From contig JBDRSV010000005.1 in NCBI GenBank assembly GCA_043824495.1, forward strand, positions 64,001 to 128,000: a stretch of 64,000 nucleotides of DNA, written 5' to 3'. A program made the position numbers and the translations under genes. Numbering within the stretch: position 1 is the first letter of the stretch; each line of letters opens with the position of its first letter. Source of the stretch: Candidatus Aenigmatarchaeota archaeon. Lineage in GTDB: Archaea; Aenigmatarchaeota; Aenigmatarchaeia; QMZP01. A model generated the notes under the pieces. The model searched no databases. It saw only the letters and a program-made list of their open reading frames with translations, and was not told the origin of the DNA. Below, one piece after another: positions 1-8,752 of the stretch.

Positions 1-1026
1 TCTATCCATACCTTCTTCATATTCCAGTTTAGATAATAAATGACCTGTAATGTCGTATCCGTGAGATCTCTGAAGCTCTCTGTCATATATAGTAGTATCA
101 TGATAATCATTTGCAACATAAGCTGCCCATTGATACCCTGAGAATCCGTTTTCTAAATATGTATCAGCTGTTTCTTGGTTAATTGCACCGGATATAGCAT
201 TAACATTATACATGTGATGTTCAGCAAAGCCTTCTGTCAACCATGATCTAGTGTATATTGGATATGGGTTAATAGAGTGAGACGCTTCATGGAGTGCCGT
301 ATTCATGTATGGCCACCAATCACCTAATTCACCAGTGTTGTTGTAATATGTGGTCCCATTCACGTAATATGGCTTATTACAACCAGTCTTATACATTGGA
401 TCAGAGAAAACAACATTAGAGTGTGTAGGAGAAGCATTTCCACCGTAACAGGCTGCAGGATGTCCGTAATTATATATCTCTAAAGGAACTCCAAACCATC
501 CTTTTGAACTCCAACCAGTTATATTCTTTAGAATTTCATACCTTGGTACGAAATTATCCCAGAAAGCGTCTAATGTTGCCTGGTTGTTCGAATAGAAAAC
601 ACTTTCGATGTAAATGTCAAGTGAAACATTTCCTTGATCATCAAAATATGGTTTATGCACAAAGGTTGATTCTGGAGAATTTATTTCAACGGGTGTTTTT
701 ATAATATTTTTAAGGGGCTTTTCTTTTGTTTTTTCTAAAGGCTGTCCTTCTGGATATTGAAGCTCATCAACAACAATTGGGGTTTCTACACCATCAAGAT
801 TAACAATACCCTTTGCAAAATCAATTTCAAGAATAGAACCCTCTCCTGTTACAACAGTCTTGACGTTTGAGCTATCTCCATTAAGCATCAAAAAGCTGTC
901 AGTTAAATCAATTGGTTCTACACTTCTTATTTGAGCAGCTGCTTGACCAAAGAAAAATAATGTTACTCCTGTCATTATAGAAAATATGATTAAACTCATT
1001 AAATATTTCTGAATCTTGTCATTCAT
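1..1026 (-). CDS. Secreted zinc metallopeptidase (gluzincin type), truncated by the window edge; not in the ORF track
   Basis: Hand translation from ATG 1026 stays open to base 1 (342 codons). N-terminal hydrophobic segment YLMSLIIFSIMTGVTLFFFGQAAA; TALHEASH (HExxH) followed by WLTEGFAE. Confidence 0.85.
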   Translation of the reverse strand, partial: MNDKIQKYLMSLIIFSIMTGVTLFFFGQAAAQIRSVEPIDLTDSFLMLNGDSSNVKTVVTGEGSILEIDFAKGIVNLDGVETPIVVDELQYPEGQPLEKTKEKPLKNIIKTPVEINSPESTFVHKPYFDDQGNVSLDIYIESVFYSNNQATLDAFWDNFVPRYEILKNITGWSSKGWFGVPLEIYNYGHPAACYGGNASPTHSNVVFSDPMYKTGCNKPYYVNGTTYYNNTGELGDWWPYMNTALHEASHSINPYPIYTRSWLTEGFAEHHMYNVNAISGAINQETADTYLENGFSGYQWAAYVANDYHDTTIYDRELQRSHGYDITGHLLSKLEYEEGMDR

Positions 1027-1042
1027 GATTAACATTAACAGA

Positions 1043-1064
1043 AAGATTTATATTGGTTTTAAGA
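1043..1064. repeat. 22-bp direct repeat, copy 1 (aagatttatattggttttaaga); also a TATA-like promoter for the 1026 ORF on the minus strand
   Basis: Matches 4715..4737 except for one extra T in the second copy. Confidence 0.6.
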
Positions 1065-1172
1065 CGCGTTTCTATTCATTGTTTTCTTATTAGAAAATCT
1101 TGAACATATATCCCTTTTATTTGACAATACAAAGGGGATGGTCCATCACTGTAGACCATTAATCCCCATAAG

Positions 1173-3257
1173 TCAGACTTTCATGACTTTGTCGCATTCA
1201 CGTCCGACGCGTCCACCTCGGCATACTTCGGATATCATGAAATGAGCAGAATGATCTGCTTGGCGAGATATGGAATCGTTCAAATTACATCCACACGCTT
1301 CTTGTATACAGTTCATGATAGCCTTTCTTGCAAATTCCGTGCTAGCATTGTCAGTGTCTGGCAGGTTAGTGATACTCAGTGGCACATCTGTCAGGCGGTC
1401 AGTCTTCAGATTTCTTTCCGTGAGACCATGATCACCGCCCGTAGCAACCTTCCATGCCATTTCAAGCGCACGTGTCATCGGAGCAGCGTGGTCGATCAGC
1501 CATCCCACAGCCTCGGATGCATCAATAGAATGTCCACTCAAGAGCATGTAGATGATTTTAGGCCAATCAGTTCTACGTGCCTTGCGAAATGGCCAGTGGC
1601 ATCCTTCCATGCCAGGGACAACCGGAAGCGTCACCTCTGGCATGCCGAGCTTTGCATCATTAACTGAAATCAGAAAGTGACAATGCATGAGAAGCTCAAG
1701 CATACCACCTAGACAGCGCTTGCCATTGACAAACCCAACGGATACCTTGAACTTATCATTGAGCCTTCTGGCTGTACGAGACCACTGCATGGATATTCTG
1801 TGTCCAGTATGTACATTCTCAAGCGCAGGATAGAACTCGCTTGTGTCCGCGCCGACTAGCTGAGTGGAGAGATGGAAGTCGCCGGAGACAATCACGCGTT
1901 CGATTCCTTCGGCTTTCAGCCAATCAATGGCTCGGTTGAGTTCAGCGTCGACATCGCTGTTGTAACTCTCGCGACTTATGGCGATGACACCAACTGTTCC
2001 ATCATGTTCTGCGTTGACGTACAACTGCTGCCATTCTGGTGTGTCCATATGACCAAAGACACTCGGACACCAGCAGACGCTCGCTGCTTCTGGATGTGAC
2101 AGGTGATAAGATTCCACGGTCCTGATCACATTATCCGGACCAAGTCCACGAATGACAGCGAGTATACCGTGATTGAACTGAGCACAGAGTTCACCGATGG
2201 CGTTGATGTGGGAGAGATGGCCGCGATTTTCATGAAGCATGAGACTGGTCATTTGGAACAGAGGACCGAGAATCCATGTTTTGAACTCGTCAACTCCGGC
2301 TGTATCCAAACTCCAGTTCACAAGAGGACGGAAGTGATCTGGTGGATACCAGTCTTGTCTACTTTCCTTATGTTCCATCAACTCAGGAGTTGGCGCGAAC
2401 AATTCAGCACCATAATGCTCATGTAAGTGGTGGAGACATGACCAGGTAAGGAAGTTCGCACCAGCCGCACCGATCGCGTCATGCGCTCGGAACGGGTTCG
2501 GACCAAGCAACTTGCGGATAAATTTGTCGATCTTCCAGTAGGGCATGTTGCTGGCCTGGTGATAACGCAATCCGGCGAGCGTCAGGCCGCAGAACAAGAC
2601 ATCGAGAACAAACGACCATTTGTCAGCAACAGGAATCGGGATCATACCCAAAGCCCAGAAGAGCTTATCGGTAGATGTGTCATCTCCCACAGTCTCCCAC
2701 ACTTTGCTGACCTCATGTGGGAATGCCGGATGTGCGATGCCAACTCCCAGTTCTGAACTTGGGAATCCCGAGGTTACGGATCTGATGTGGATACCCGGGA
2801 ATGCTGCTCTGAAGAGACCGTAGTGATCCTTCTTGACACTGAGAATCTCTGGAATTGCTTCCAACAGAAATTTCGGATTGAATTGGCCGAGTTCACCTGG
2901 AAGAGTAGTTCCGTCATAACTCATACGGATAATACTCCTCATGATCTCATCAGCCTTTGACCTACCAAAGGCGCGTACCAATCCTGGGTACTGTCTCCCA
3001 ATGCCATCAGGTGCACTGGGGAAATCTAGTCCGATGATACGAACACCGTGTGGTTGAAGCCGGGAACCGAGTTGCATTGTCTTGCCAGCACCAACAATTC
3101 CATTGGCGCCGGAGATGACAAGTGATCCTCGATTACTTGCTTTACCAAACACATTCGAAACTGCATCGGATGCAGTGACAGGTAATCCATTCTTGAAGAT
3201 CCCGAGAACAGTTCCGAGACCCAATGTTTGGATTGTTGAAGTTCTCATCATTTTCAT
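1173..3257 (-). CDS. 3-hydroxyacyl-CoA dehydrogenase / enoyl-CoA hydratase fusion (HAD N-terminal, crotonase C-terminal)
   Basis: GANGIVGAG nucleotide-binding loop, LLEAIPEILSVKK and SVTSG in the HAD part; CLGGMLEL and LGMPEVTLPVVPGMEG crotonase motifs; 4-bp overlap with the thiolase gene. Confidence 0.8.
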   Translation of the reverse strand: MKMMRTSTIQTLGLGTVLGIFKNGLPVTASDAVSNVFGKASNRGSLVISGANGIVGAGKTMQLGSRLQPHGVRIIGLDFPSAPDGIGRQYPGLVRAFGRSKADEIMRSIIRMSYDGTTLPGELGQFNPKFLLEAIPEILSVKKDHYGLFRAAFPGIHIRSVTSGFPSSELGVGIAHPAFPHEVSKVWETVGDDTSTDKLFWALGMIPIPVADKWSFVLDVLFCGLTLAGLRYHQASNMPYWKIDKFIRKLLGPNPFRAHDAIGAAGANFLTWSCLHHLHEHYGAELFAPTPELMEHKESRQDWYPPDHFRPLVNWSLDTAGVDEFKTWILGPLFQMTSLMLHENRGHLSHINAIGELCAQFNHGILAVIRGLGPDNVIRTVESYHLSHPEAASVCWCPSVFGHMDTPEWQQLYVNAEHDGTVGVIAISRESYNSDVDAELNRAIDWLKAEGIERVIVSGDFHLSTQLVGADTSEFYPALENVHTGHRISMQWSRTARRLNDKFKVSVGFVNGKRCLGGMLELLMHCHFLISVNDAKLGMPEVTLPVVPGMEGCHWPFRKARRTDWPKIIYMLLSGHSIDASEAVGWLIDHAAPMTRALEMAWKVATGGDHGLTERNLKTDRLTDVPLSITNLPDTDNASTEFARKAIMNCIQEACGCNLNDSISRQADHSAHFMISEVCRGGRVGRECDKVMKV

Positions 3258-4459
3258 TTGCCACTGCTCCCTTCATCAACCTTGAAGATCGCCGCTATAC
3301 CAACATCACCGGCAGCACAACCGAAGATGAGAACATATCCGCCACCGAGCGAGACCGCCTCTACAAAGGATTCAATCAGAACTCTCGTAAGAGTCGGTCC
3401 TTGCGGATGACCCCATACAAGCGGGCAGCCGGTTTTGTTCATGTTGTGCCAGTCGTAGTCCATGACCTTCGCGAAGATGGCGTCGTTGACTGCGAACGGA
3501 TTGTGGTTTTTCACCACGATCATATCAGCCATTGTCAGTCCGGTGCGGCGCAGAAGTTTTTGTACCGCCAACGCAGGTGCTTCGGGCATGAGACTCGGAT
3601 GCGCGCGTACTTCGGTTTTTGCGATAAAGGTAATATCGATCTCTGGTTGCGAACTGAAGTCTGAAACTCTCTCCTTGTTCACAACCAGTAGGCACGCCAT
3701 GCCGTCAGATGCATGTGTCTGTGTGCCGGTGGTCACGCAGGTATCGAGTTCGAAAAGGCGGTTCAATCCATCCATCGTCAGCTTGCGGACGCCGAAATCG
3801 TCGTCGATTGTTCCCATGGGCTTGCCCTGGAGATTGAGGATTTCGAGCGGGACAAGCACCTTGTCGAGAAAGCCAGATTCTTTGGCTTGAAAATACTGCT
3901 CATGCCGATGGAAGGCGATCTCGTCCACTTCTTTACGGTTGATCTTGTGCTTCCTTGCGGCCTCTCCTCCGCAAGCAATCATTGCTTTTCCGGTTGCCGG
4001 ATCGAAACCAAAGTTGTCCCATACATCGGCGAGTGCTTCTGTCCGACGATAACTGCGACGCTCTGGGAAGACACCAGCCGGAGAGTCACTTGTCCGGTCG
4101 AATGTCAGAACGCCGACGACATCGTGCGAACCACTGTTCACCTCTGCACCCGCAAGGAGCACTGCCTGTAGACCTGTAGCACATGCCTGTTCAACGTGGA
4201 ATCCTGGGATTCGAATTCCCATACAACTGGCCACCAACGGGGCATTCCAGAATTTCCAGTGCCACGGGATAGTTGATCCGATGACAAGGTACTCGAGCAG
4301 ACTCTTGGGCACTTTCCTTAACCCAAGAATCCTGTTCATTGCTTCCCCGGCGAACTGGCCTGGATTGACCTCCGCCAGGGGTGAAGTTTGCCAGGCAGGG
4401 AAATAACTACTCCCCCAAGTCCCGTATGGGATCCTGGCATTTGGGTACATCGGTTGCAT
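3254..4459 (-). CDS. Thiolase (acetyl-CoA C-acyltransferase)
   Basis: EQACATG active-site Cys, HNPFAVND, WGHPQGPT and C-terminal GCAAG; GGAAGGAG Shine-Dalgarno upstream. Confidence 0.9.
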   Translation of the reverse strand: MQPMYPNARIPYGTWGSSYFPAWQTSPLAEVNPGQFAGEAMNRILGLRKVPKSLLEYLVIGSTIPWHWKFWNAPLVASCMGIRIPGFHVEQACATGLQAVLLAGAEVNSGSHDVVGVLTFDRTSDSPAGVFPERRSYRRTEALADVWDNFGFDPATGKAMIACGGEAARKHKINRKEVDEIAFHRHEQYFQAKESGFLDKVLVPLEILNLQGKPMGTIDDDFGVRKLTMDGLNRLFELDTCVTTGTQTHASDGMACLLVVNKERVSDFSSQPEIDITFIAKTEVRAHPSLMPEAPALAVQKLLRRTGLTMADMIVVKNHNPFAVNDAIFAKVMDYDWHNMNKTGCPLVWGHPQGPTLTRVLIESFVEAVSLGGGYVLIFGCAAGDVGIAAIFKVDEGSSGK

Positions 4460-4714
4460 AAACCCTCTCCTTCCGTAGAAAAAGACCTAAACAAAACTAA
4501 CATCAATTTGTCTGTCGTTTACGTATGATGTCGATTCCTAAGATGCAGTACCAATTCCAGTATCGAACAGATGTCGACAATAGTCAGCGTCAGCTGATTG
4601 GCAATTATATTGTTTTGGGAAGCATGAATGCGAAGATATTACTTTCTATATAACTAAAATTTATAAAACCAAAAAACTCGCTATAACAATTTATAATTGA
4701 TAGAAAATTTTAAG

Positions 4715-4737
4715 AAGATTTATATTGGTTTTTAAGA
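4715..4737. repeat. Direct repeat, copy 2 (aagatttatattggtttttaaga)
   Basis: Same orientation as 1043..1064; the two copies bracket the GC-rich block. Confidence 0.6.
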
Positions 4738-4781
4738 TATGAAGAGTAGCCTATTTATTCTTTCATAAACAAATAAATTGC

Positions 4782-5072
4782 ATGGATAGATTAAGTGATG
4801 ATGTTAGAAAACTTATGAACATCATGGAAACTTCTATGACTACAGATGACATATTCTTTCATGCAACAAACCAGATAGCAAGACAATTACCTCGATTACA
4901 GAGATTGCGACAGGCTGAAGAGAGACCTGGTCAATTTAATGAAGAAGTTGCAGAAATGGCTATTCTAGTGGCTATGCTGAGAGATATTGGTGGAGTTCCT
5001 GATTTCATGATTTCTGACAAAATGAGTGAACTCATAAATGAGGCTAACAGTAATCATAGAAGAAATAGATGA
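4782..5072 (+). CDS. Hypothetical helical protein
   Basis: 96-aa ORF with host-like codon use; fills the gap before the next ORF. Confidence 0.55.
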   Translation: MDRLSDDVRKLMNIMETSMTTDDIFFHATNQIARQLPRLQRLRQAEERPGQFNEEVAEMAILVAMLRDIGGVPDFMISDKMSELINEANSNHRRNR

Positions 5073-5182
5073 TTTCACCTATAAATTATTTCATTTTAAG
5101 ACATAATGAATGACAGAGGATATACAAAACTACGTTGAGGAAGTCACTAGATACGGAACGAGTGTAGAAACTGGAGAGTTTA

Positions 5183-6280
5183 GTGAATGGAAAATCAGAT
5201 ACGTGCCGTCTAGAATGTCATCGTTTTCTAAGCGGTGATTTGAGAGATGAGAGGTCATCAAGAGAAGAGAGAGAAGATTTCAAATGTAGACAGAAAGCAT
5301 TTGAATATATACTCAGAGTGAATATGGGAAATATTCTAAATCGTCTTGTAAATCCAGACAAACTCGAAGAGTATGAAAGTCCTTCTCTCTACGGAGATGG
5401 TGTTATTTCATATGATATTGACATGGATCATGAGTTCGGTTTTCGTGAATTAACAAGAGCAGATAAAATAGCAAATAATCTTAAATTTACGAGGGAGTTT
5501 CAAAACGCTATAAGCGGGCTTTCTAGAAGTAAGGGAGTTAATGCAGTTGTAGATGATTATGTTAGAGTTCAAGAACTTCTAGTAGATCCAAATGGATTTG
5601 GTGATCTTGCTAAATGGTGCGAACCAGTTATTGATAGATGGACATATGATTTTAGTGTGGGTGGAGTGGATAGAGAAGATCAGCATCAAGAAGGTCTTTT
5701 AACACTGTGGGCAGCAGATCCTAAATACCAAGGAAGAAATTTTGCAAGATTTCATACTATGCTAAGAGCATCTCTACGTTTCAAGCTTCTCAACATGCTT
5801 AGATATTCTTACGCTGATAAGAGAAGAATAAATCGAGATACATTGGCTATGGGATCTGCAACAAATCCTGGAGATTCTTATTATGCTAGTCTACTTGACC
5901 AATTTTCACGTGATGCATGGAAACTTGAACAAACAGAGCAGAATCTAAATGACAATCCTGATCCATTTGCCACAACACCTTTAGTCGATATGATGAATGT
6001 TTCTAGAGAATTCAAGAAAGCAAGAGTTAGACAAGTTACCACAAGAAAAAAATCAACTTGGAGAAGAGACGAATATGGTGGTATAGAAGAAGTGTGGGGA
6101 GATGAAATAGATCAAGATAATTTCCCTTACTTAGATGAAGAAAAGTTGAGAATCATGTTAGAGCTCGATACAGATCCAGGGCATAGACCTATGGCAGTAA
6201 AATGGAATGGTCTTAGTGTTCCTGCTAAACATGAAAGAGTAGTGATTAGCAGGGAATCTATGTATGATAGATGGGAGTAG
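5183..6280 (+). CDS. Sigma-70 region 2-containing protein (SigH-like), no clear region 4
   Basis: FSVGGVDREDQHQEGLLTLW...FARFHTMLRASLRFKLLNMLR resembles sigma-H region 2 (GADREDIVQEGMIGLY). Confidence 0.65.
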   Translation: MNGKSDTCRLECHRFLSGDLRDERSSREEREDFKCRQKAFEYILRVNMGNILNRLVNPDKLEEYESPSLYGDGVISYDIDMDHEFGFRELTRADKIANNLKFTREFQNAISGLSRSKGVNAVVDDYVRVQELLVDPNGFGDLAKWCEPVIDRWTYDFSVGGVDREDQHQEGLLTLWAADPKYQGRNFARFHTMLRASLRFKLLNMLRYSYADKRRINRDTLAMGSATNPGDSYYASLLDQFSRDAWKLEQTEQNLNDNPDPFATTPLVDMMNVSREFKKARVRQVTTRKKSTWRRDEYGGIEEVWGDEIDQDNFPYLDEEKLRIMLELDTDPGHRPMAVKWNGLSVPAKHERVVISRESMYDRWE

Positions 6281-6281
6281 A

Positions 6282-7244
6282 TTACTCAGACATCTGTTTC
6301 AAGCCCGTTCTACCTTGATTGAGCCAGTATTCATTTTCTTCAGTATTATCACCTTCTCCGACTTTCTCATAATTAGCTCTTATTACATGCATTGCGTGAG
6401 CAAGTTTTATGTATGTAGGAAGAACTTCTAATTCTCTTGGTGTTAGTTCAATGGATTTTTGATATTCATCTAGAGCTGTATTGAGATTTGCTTGGCTTTT
6501 CTCTTTACTTTTTTCATCGAAAAGAATATTACAAGCCATTACAGATAGCTCTTGTATACGAGGATAATAGTTTGAGACTGCAAAATCAATGATCCAGATC
6601 TTGTTATTTTTGTCTTTCATTACATTTGTTGCAATGAAATCCCCATGAACAAAACAGTGAGGTAGCTCTTCTATATTCATGTTCTTGAATTCTTCTATTA
6701 GAGGTTCTATTGTTTGTTTATCTTCAGAAGAGAGGAAATCTCCTTTCTTTTCGTATTCTTTGAGTATGCTTGTGATAGCCCAGGAATCATATACAAATTC
6801 TGGATTGATAGTCATACTGTTTGTGAGAGCAGCTTGACGAGCTAGTTCTCTAATTTCTTCTTCTGCAGGCTTAGTTTTCAGATTGAAATAATCTTTACCA
6901 TCTATGAATCGCATGACTACAAGTCTGATTCTAGTGCTATGGACATCTGTTATGTGTAGATAGCCTTGGTCAGATTTGTATAATTTTGGGAAAGAAATAT
7001 CATTTTCTATTACTTTGAGCATGACATCAACATATCTCCGACAATCTTCATCCTTTCTGAAATTGGAGAATGTTTTGATGAAGTATTTGCCTTTTGTCGT
7101 TTCTATGATAAAGTTGAAATCTTCATATCCTAGTTCTATGAGCTTGTCTGATTTGAATTCTCCGAGATTGAAGTCCTTACAAATAGCTTTGGAAATATCA
7201 GATAGTTCTCCTTCATAACCTATTCTTGTGTAGAATTGTTTCAT
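6282..7244 (-). CDS. Aminoglycoside/homoserine kinase type II-like phosphotransferase
   Basis: GYEDFN, HGDFIATN and IIDFA kinase motifs. Start taken as MKQFY at 7244; the track starts it at 7271. Confidence 0.85.
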   Translation of the reverse strand: MKQFYTRIGYEGELSDISKAICKDFNLGEFKSDKLIELGYEDFNFIIETTKGKYFIKTFSNFRKDEDCRRYVDVMLKVIENDISFPKLYKSDQGYLHITDVHSTRIRLVVMRFIDGKDYFNLKTKPAEEEIRELARQAALTNSMTINPEFVYDSWAITSILKEYEKKGDFLSSEDKQTIEPLIEEFKNMNIEELPHCFVHGDFIATNVMKDKNNKIWIIDFAVSNYYPRIQELSVMACNILFDEKSKEKSQANLNTALDEYQKSIELTPRELEVLPTYIKLAHAMHVIRANYEKVGEGDNTEENEYWLNQGRTGLKQMSE

Positions 7245-7254
7245 AATATTCTTC

Positions 7255-8208
7255 TTATAAAGCCACCACATTGTCTGGGTTGCCTTTCAGATATGTTCTT
7301 ATATCATTTAGAGTTGTTTCTCTTAGTCTTTGTTGGGCTTCTTTTGTCATCCAGCCAAAGTGTGGCGTGAGATAAATGTTGTCTAGGGCTCCGAACTTAT
7401 CTCTTATGTCCTTTTCTTCTATTGCTTCAAACCAGGCAGTAAGTTTCTTCTCTTTACAAAGATTATATACAACATTCAGGTCAACAAGTTCTGATCTTCC
7501 TGGATCAAGTAAAACAGCACCTGGTTTCATGAGTTTTAATTTTGATTCAGTAAGAATTTTTTCTGTATCCTTGTTCAAGGAGCAGTTTAAGCTTACAACG
7601 TCACTCTCTCTTAATAAGTCGTCGAGTTTAGTATATTTCATGCCCTTTGTATCTAATTCAGGTTTTTTTGTACGAGAATAGTGCATTACATTCATCCCGA
7701 GACCCTGGGCAATCTCTGCAACTCTGGTTCCTATTCTTCCTATTCCAATAATTCCTAATGTTTTGCCTTTGAGTTCCCAGCCCATAAAATTTTCAAAACC
7801 CCAGTTACCTTGTTTGACAAAAGTCATTGCGTCGTGAGTTTGTCTTGAAATATTCAGGAGTGCTGAAATTGTTAGTTCTGCAACTGCCTCAGAAGAATAT
7901 CCAGGGACGTTTGCTAATATTATACCATTCTTTTTTAGCAGGTCTAGATTGAAGTTGGAATAATCAGTATGAGTTGTGACTACATATTTCAGCGTTCCCT
8001 GTGTGAACACACCATCTTCATAGAAATCAAGGAGTCGTGTTACTAAAGCATCTGCTCCTTTCATATGTTCTGGTTTCAGAGATCTTGTATATTCTTTTTC
8101 AGCAAAAACAATCTCTACTACATCAGCAAACTCTTTGAGTTTATTAACAAACTCTTTTTCAAGAGGTTCTACACTTAAATCATATAATATGAGTTTTTTG
8201 AATTTCAT
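7255..8208 (-). CDS. D-2-hydroxyacid dehydrogenase family protein
   Basis: NVPGYSSEAVAE, GIIGIGRIG, LLDPGR and TPHFGW. Confidence 0.9.
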   Translation of the reverse strand: MKFKKLILYDLSVEPLEKEFVNKLKEFADVVEIVFAEKEYTRSLKPEHMKGADALVTRLLDFYEDGVFTQGTLKYVVTTHTDYSNFNLDLLKKNGIILANVPGYSSEAVAELTISALLNISRQTHDAMTFVKQGNWGFENFMGWELKGKTLGIIGIGRIGTRVAEIAQGLGMNVMHYSRTKKPELDTKGMKYTKLDDLLRESDVVSLNCSLNKDTEKILTESKLKLMKPGAVLLDPGRSELVDLNVVYNLCKEKKLTAWFEAIEEKDIRDKFGALDNIYLTPHFGWMTKEAQQRLRETTLNDIRTYLKGNPDNVVAL

Positions 8209-8702
8209 TTTCTGAAAAACTCCTTTGTGATGTCTTTTCTGGTGTCTATGTAGTTTCCTTTGATATCACTTTCTGAAGTGACCCAGATTTTCTCTGGAGT
8301 GAATTTGAAAACTCTTCTAGGGAAAACGCCTAAAAATTCTTTGGTTGATCTTGGTTTTTTCTTTTTTCTTTGGTAGTGGAGTTTTAGAGCCTTAATAATT
8401 TCTATTATATCCTTTTTTTCTAACTGTTTTGCTTTCCCCTTCATGTAGATTCCATAACCCGTTCCTTCAGGAGCTGTTGTATCATAGATTACTGCGAAAA
8501 CTCTTCCATTTTCTATTATATTTTTTGAGTGTTGGTTCTTGTTCCAGGAAAGCCAATAGAAATTATAATTCTTATCAAAGGATGTGTAGACTGGTGAGTT
8601 CCAAGGTTCACCTTTGTTGCTTGATGTTGCAAGAGTTATGTAAATAATCTTGTCTATAACAGCTTTTGCTTGTTTTGTTAATTCTTTGATATTTTTTGTC
8701 AT
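8205..8702 (-). CDS. Pyridoxamine 5'-phosphate oxidase-like FMN-binding protein
   Basis: TLATSSNKGEPWNSPV, HSKNIIENGRV. Confidence 0.8.
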   Translation of the reverse strand: MTKNIKELTKQAKAVIDKIIYITLATSSNKGEPWNSPVYTSFDKNYNFYWLSWNKNQHSKNIIENGRVFAVIYDTTAPEGTGYGIYMKGKAKQLEKKDIIEIIKALKLHYQRKKKKPRSTKEFLGVFPRRVFKFTPEKIWVTSESDIKGNYIDTRKDITKEFFRK

Positions 8703-8752
8703 AATACTAAATTAAGAAAAATACTTAAAAGATTTTATGTTTCAGTGTGGGT

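Noticed and set aside
1242-4179. Many plus-strand ORFs over the thiolase and HAD-ECH genes
   Set aside because: Antisense shadows favoured by high GC; no motifs.
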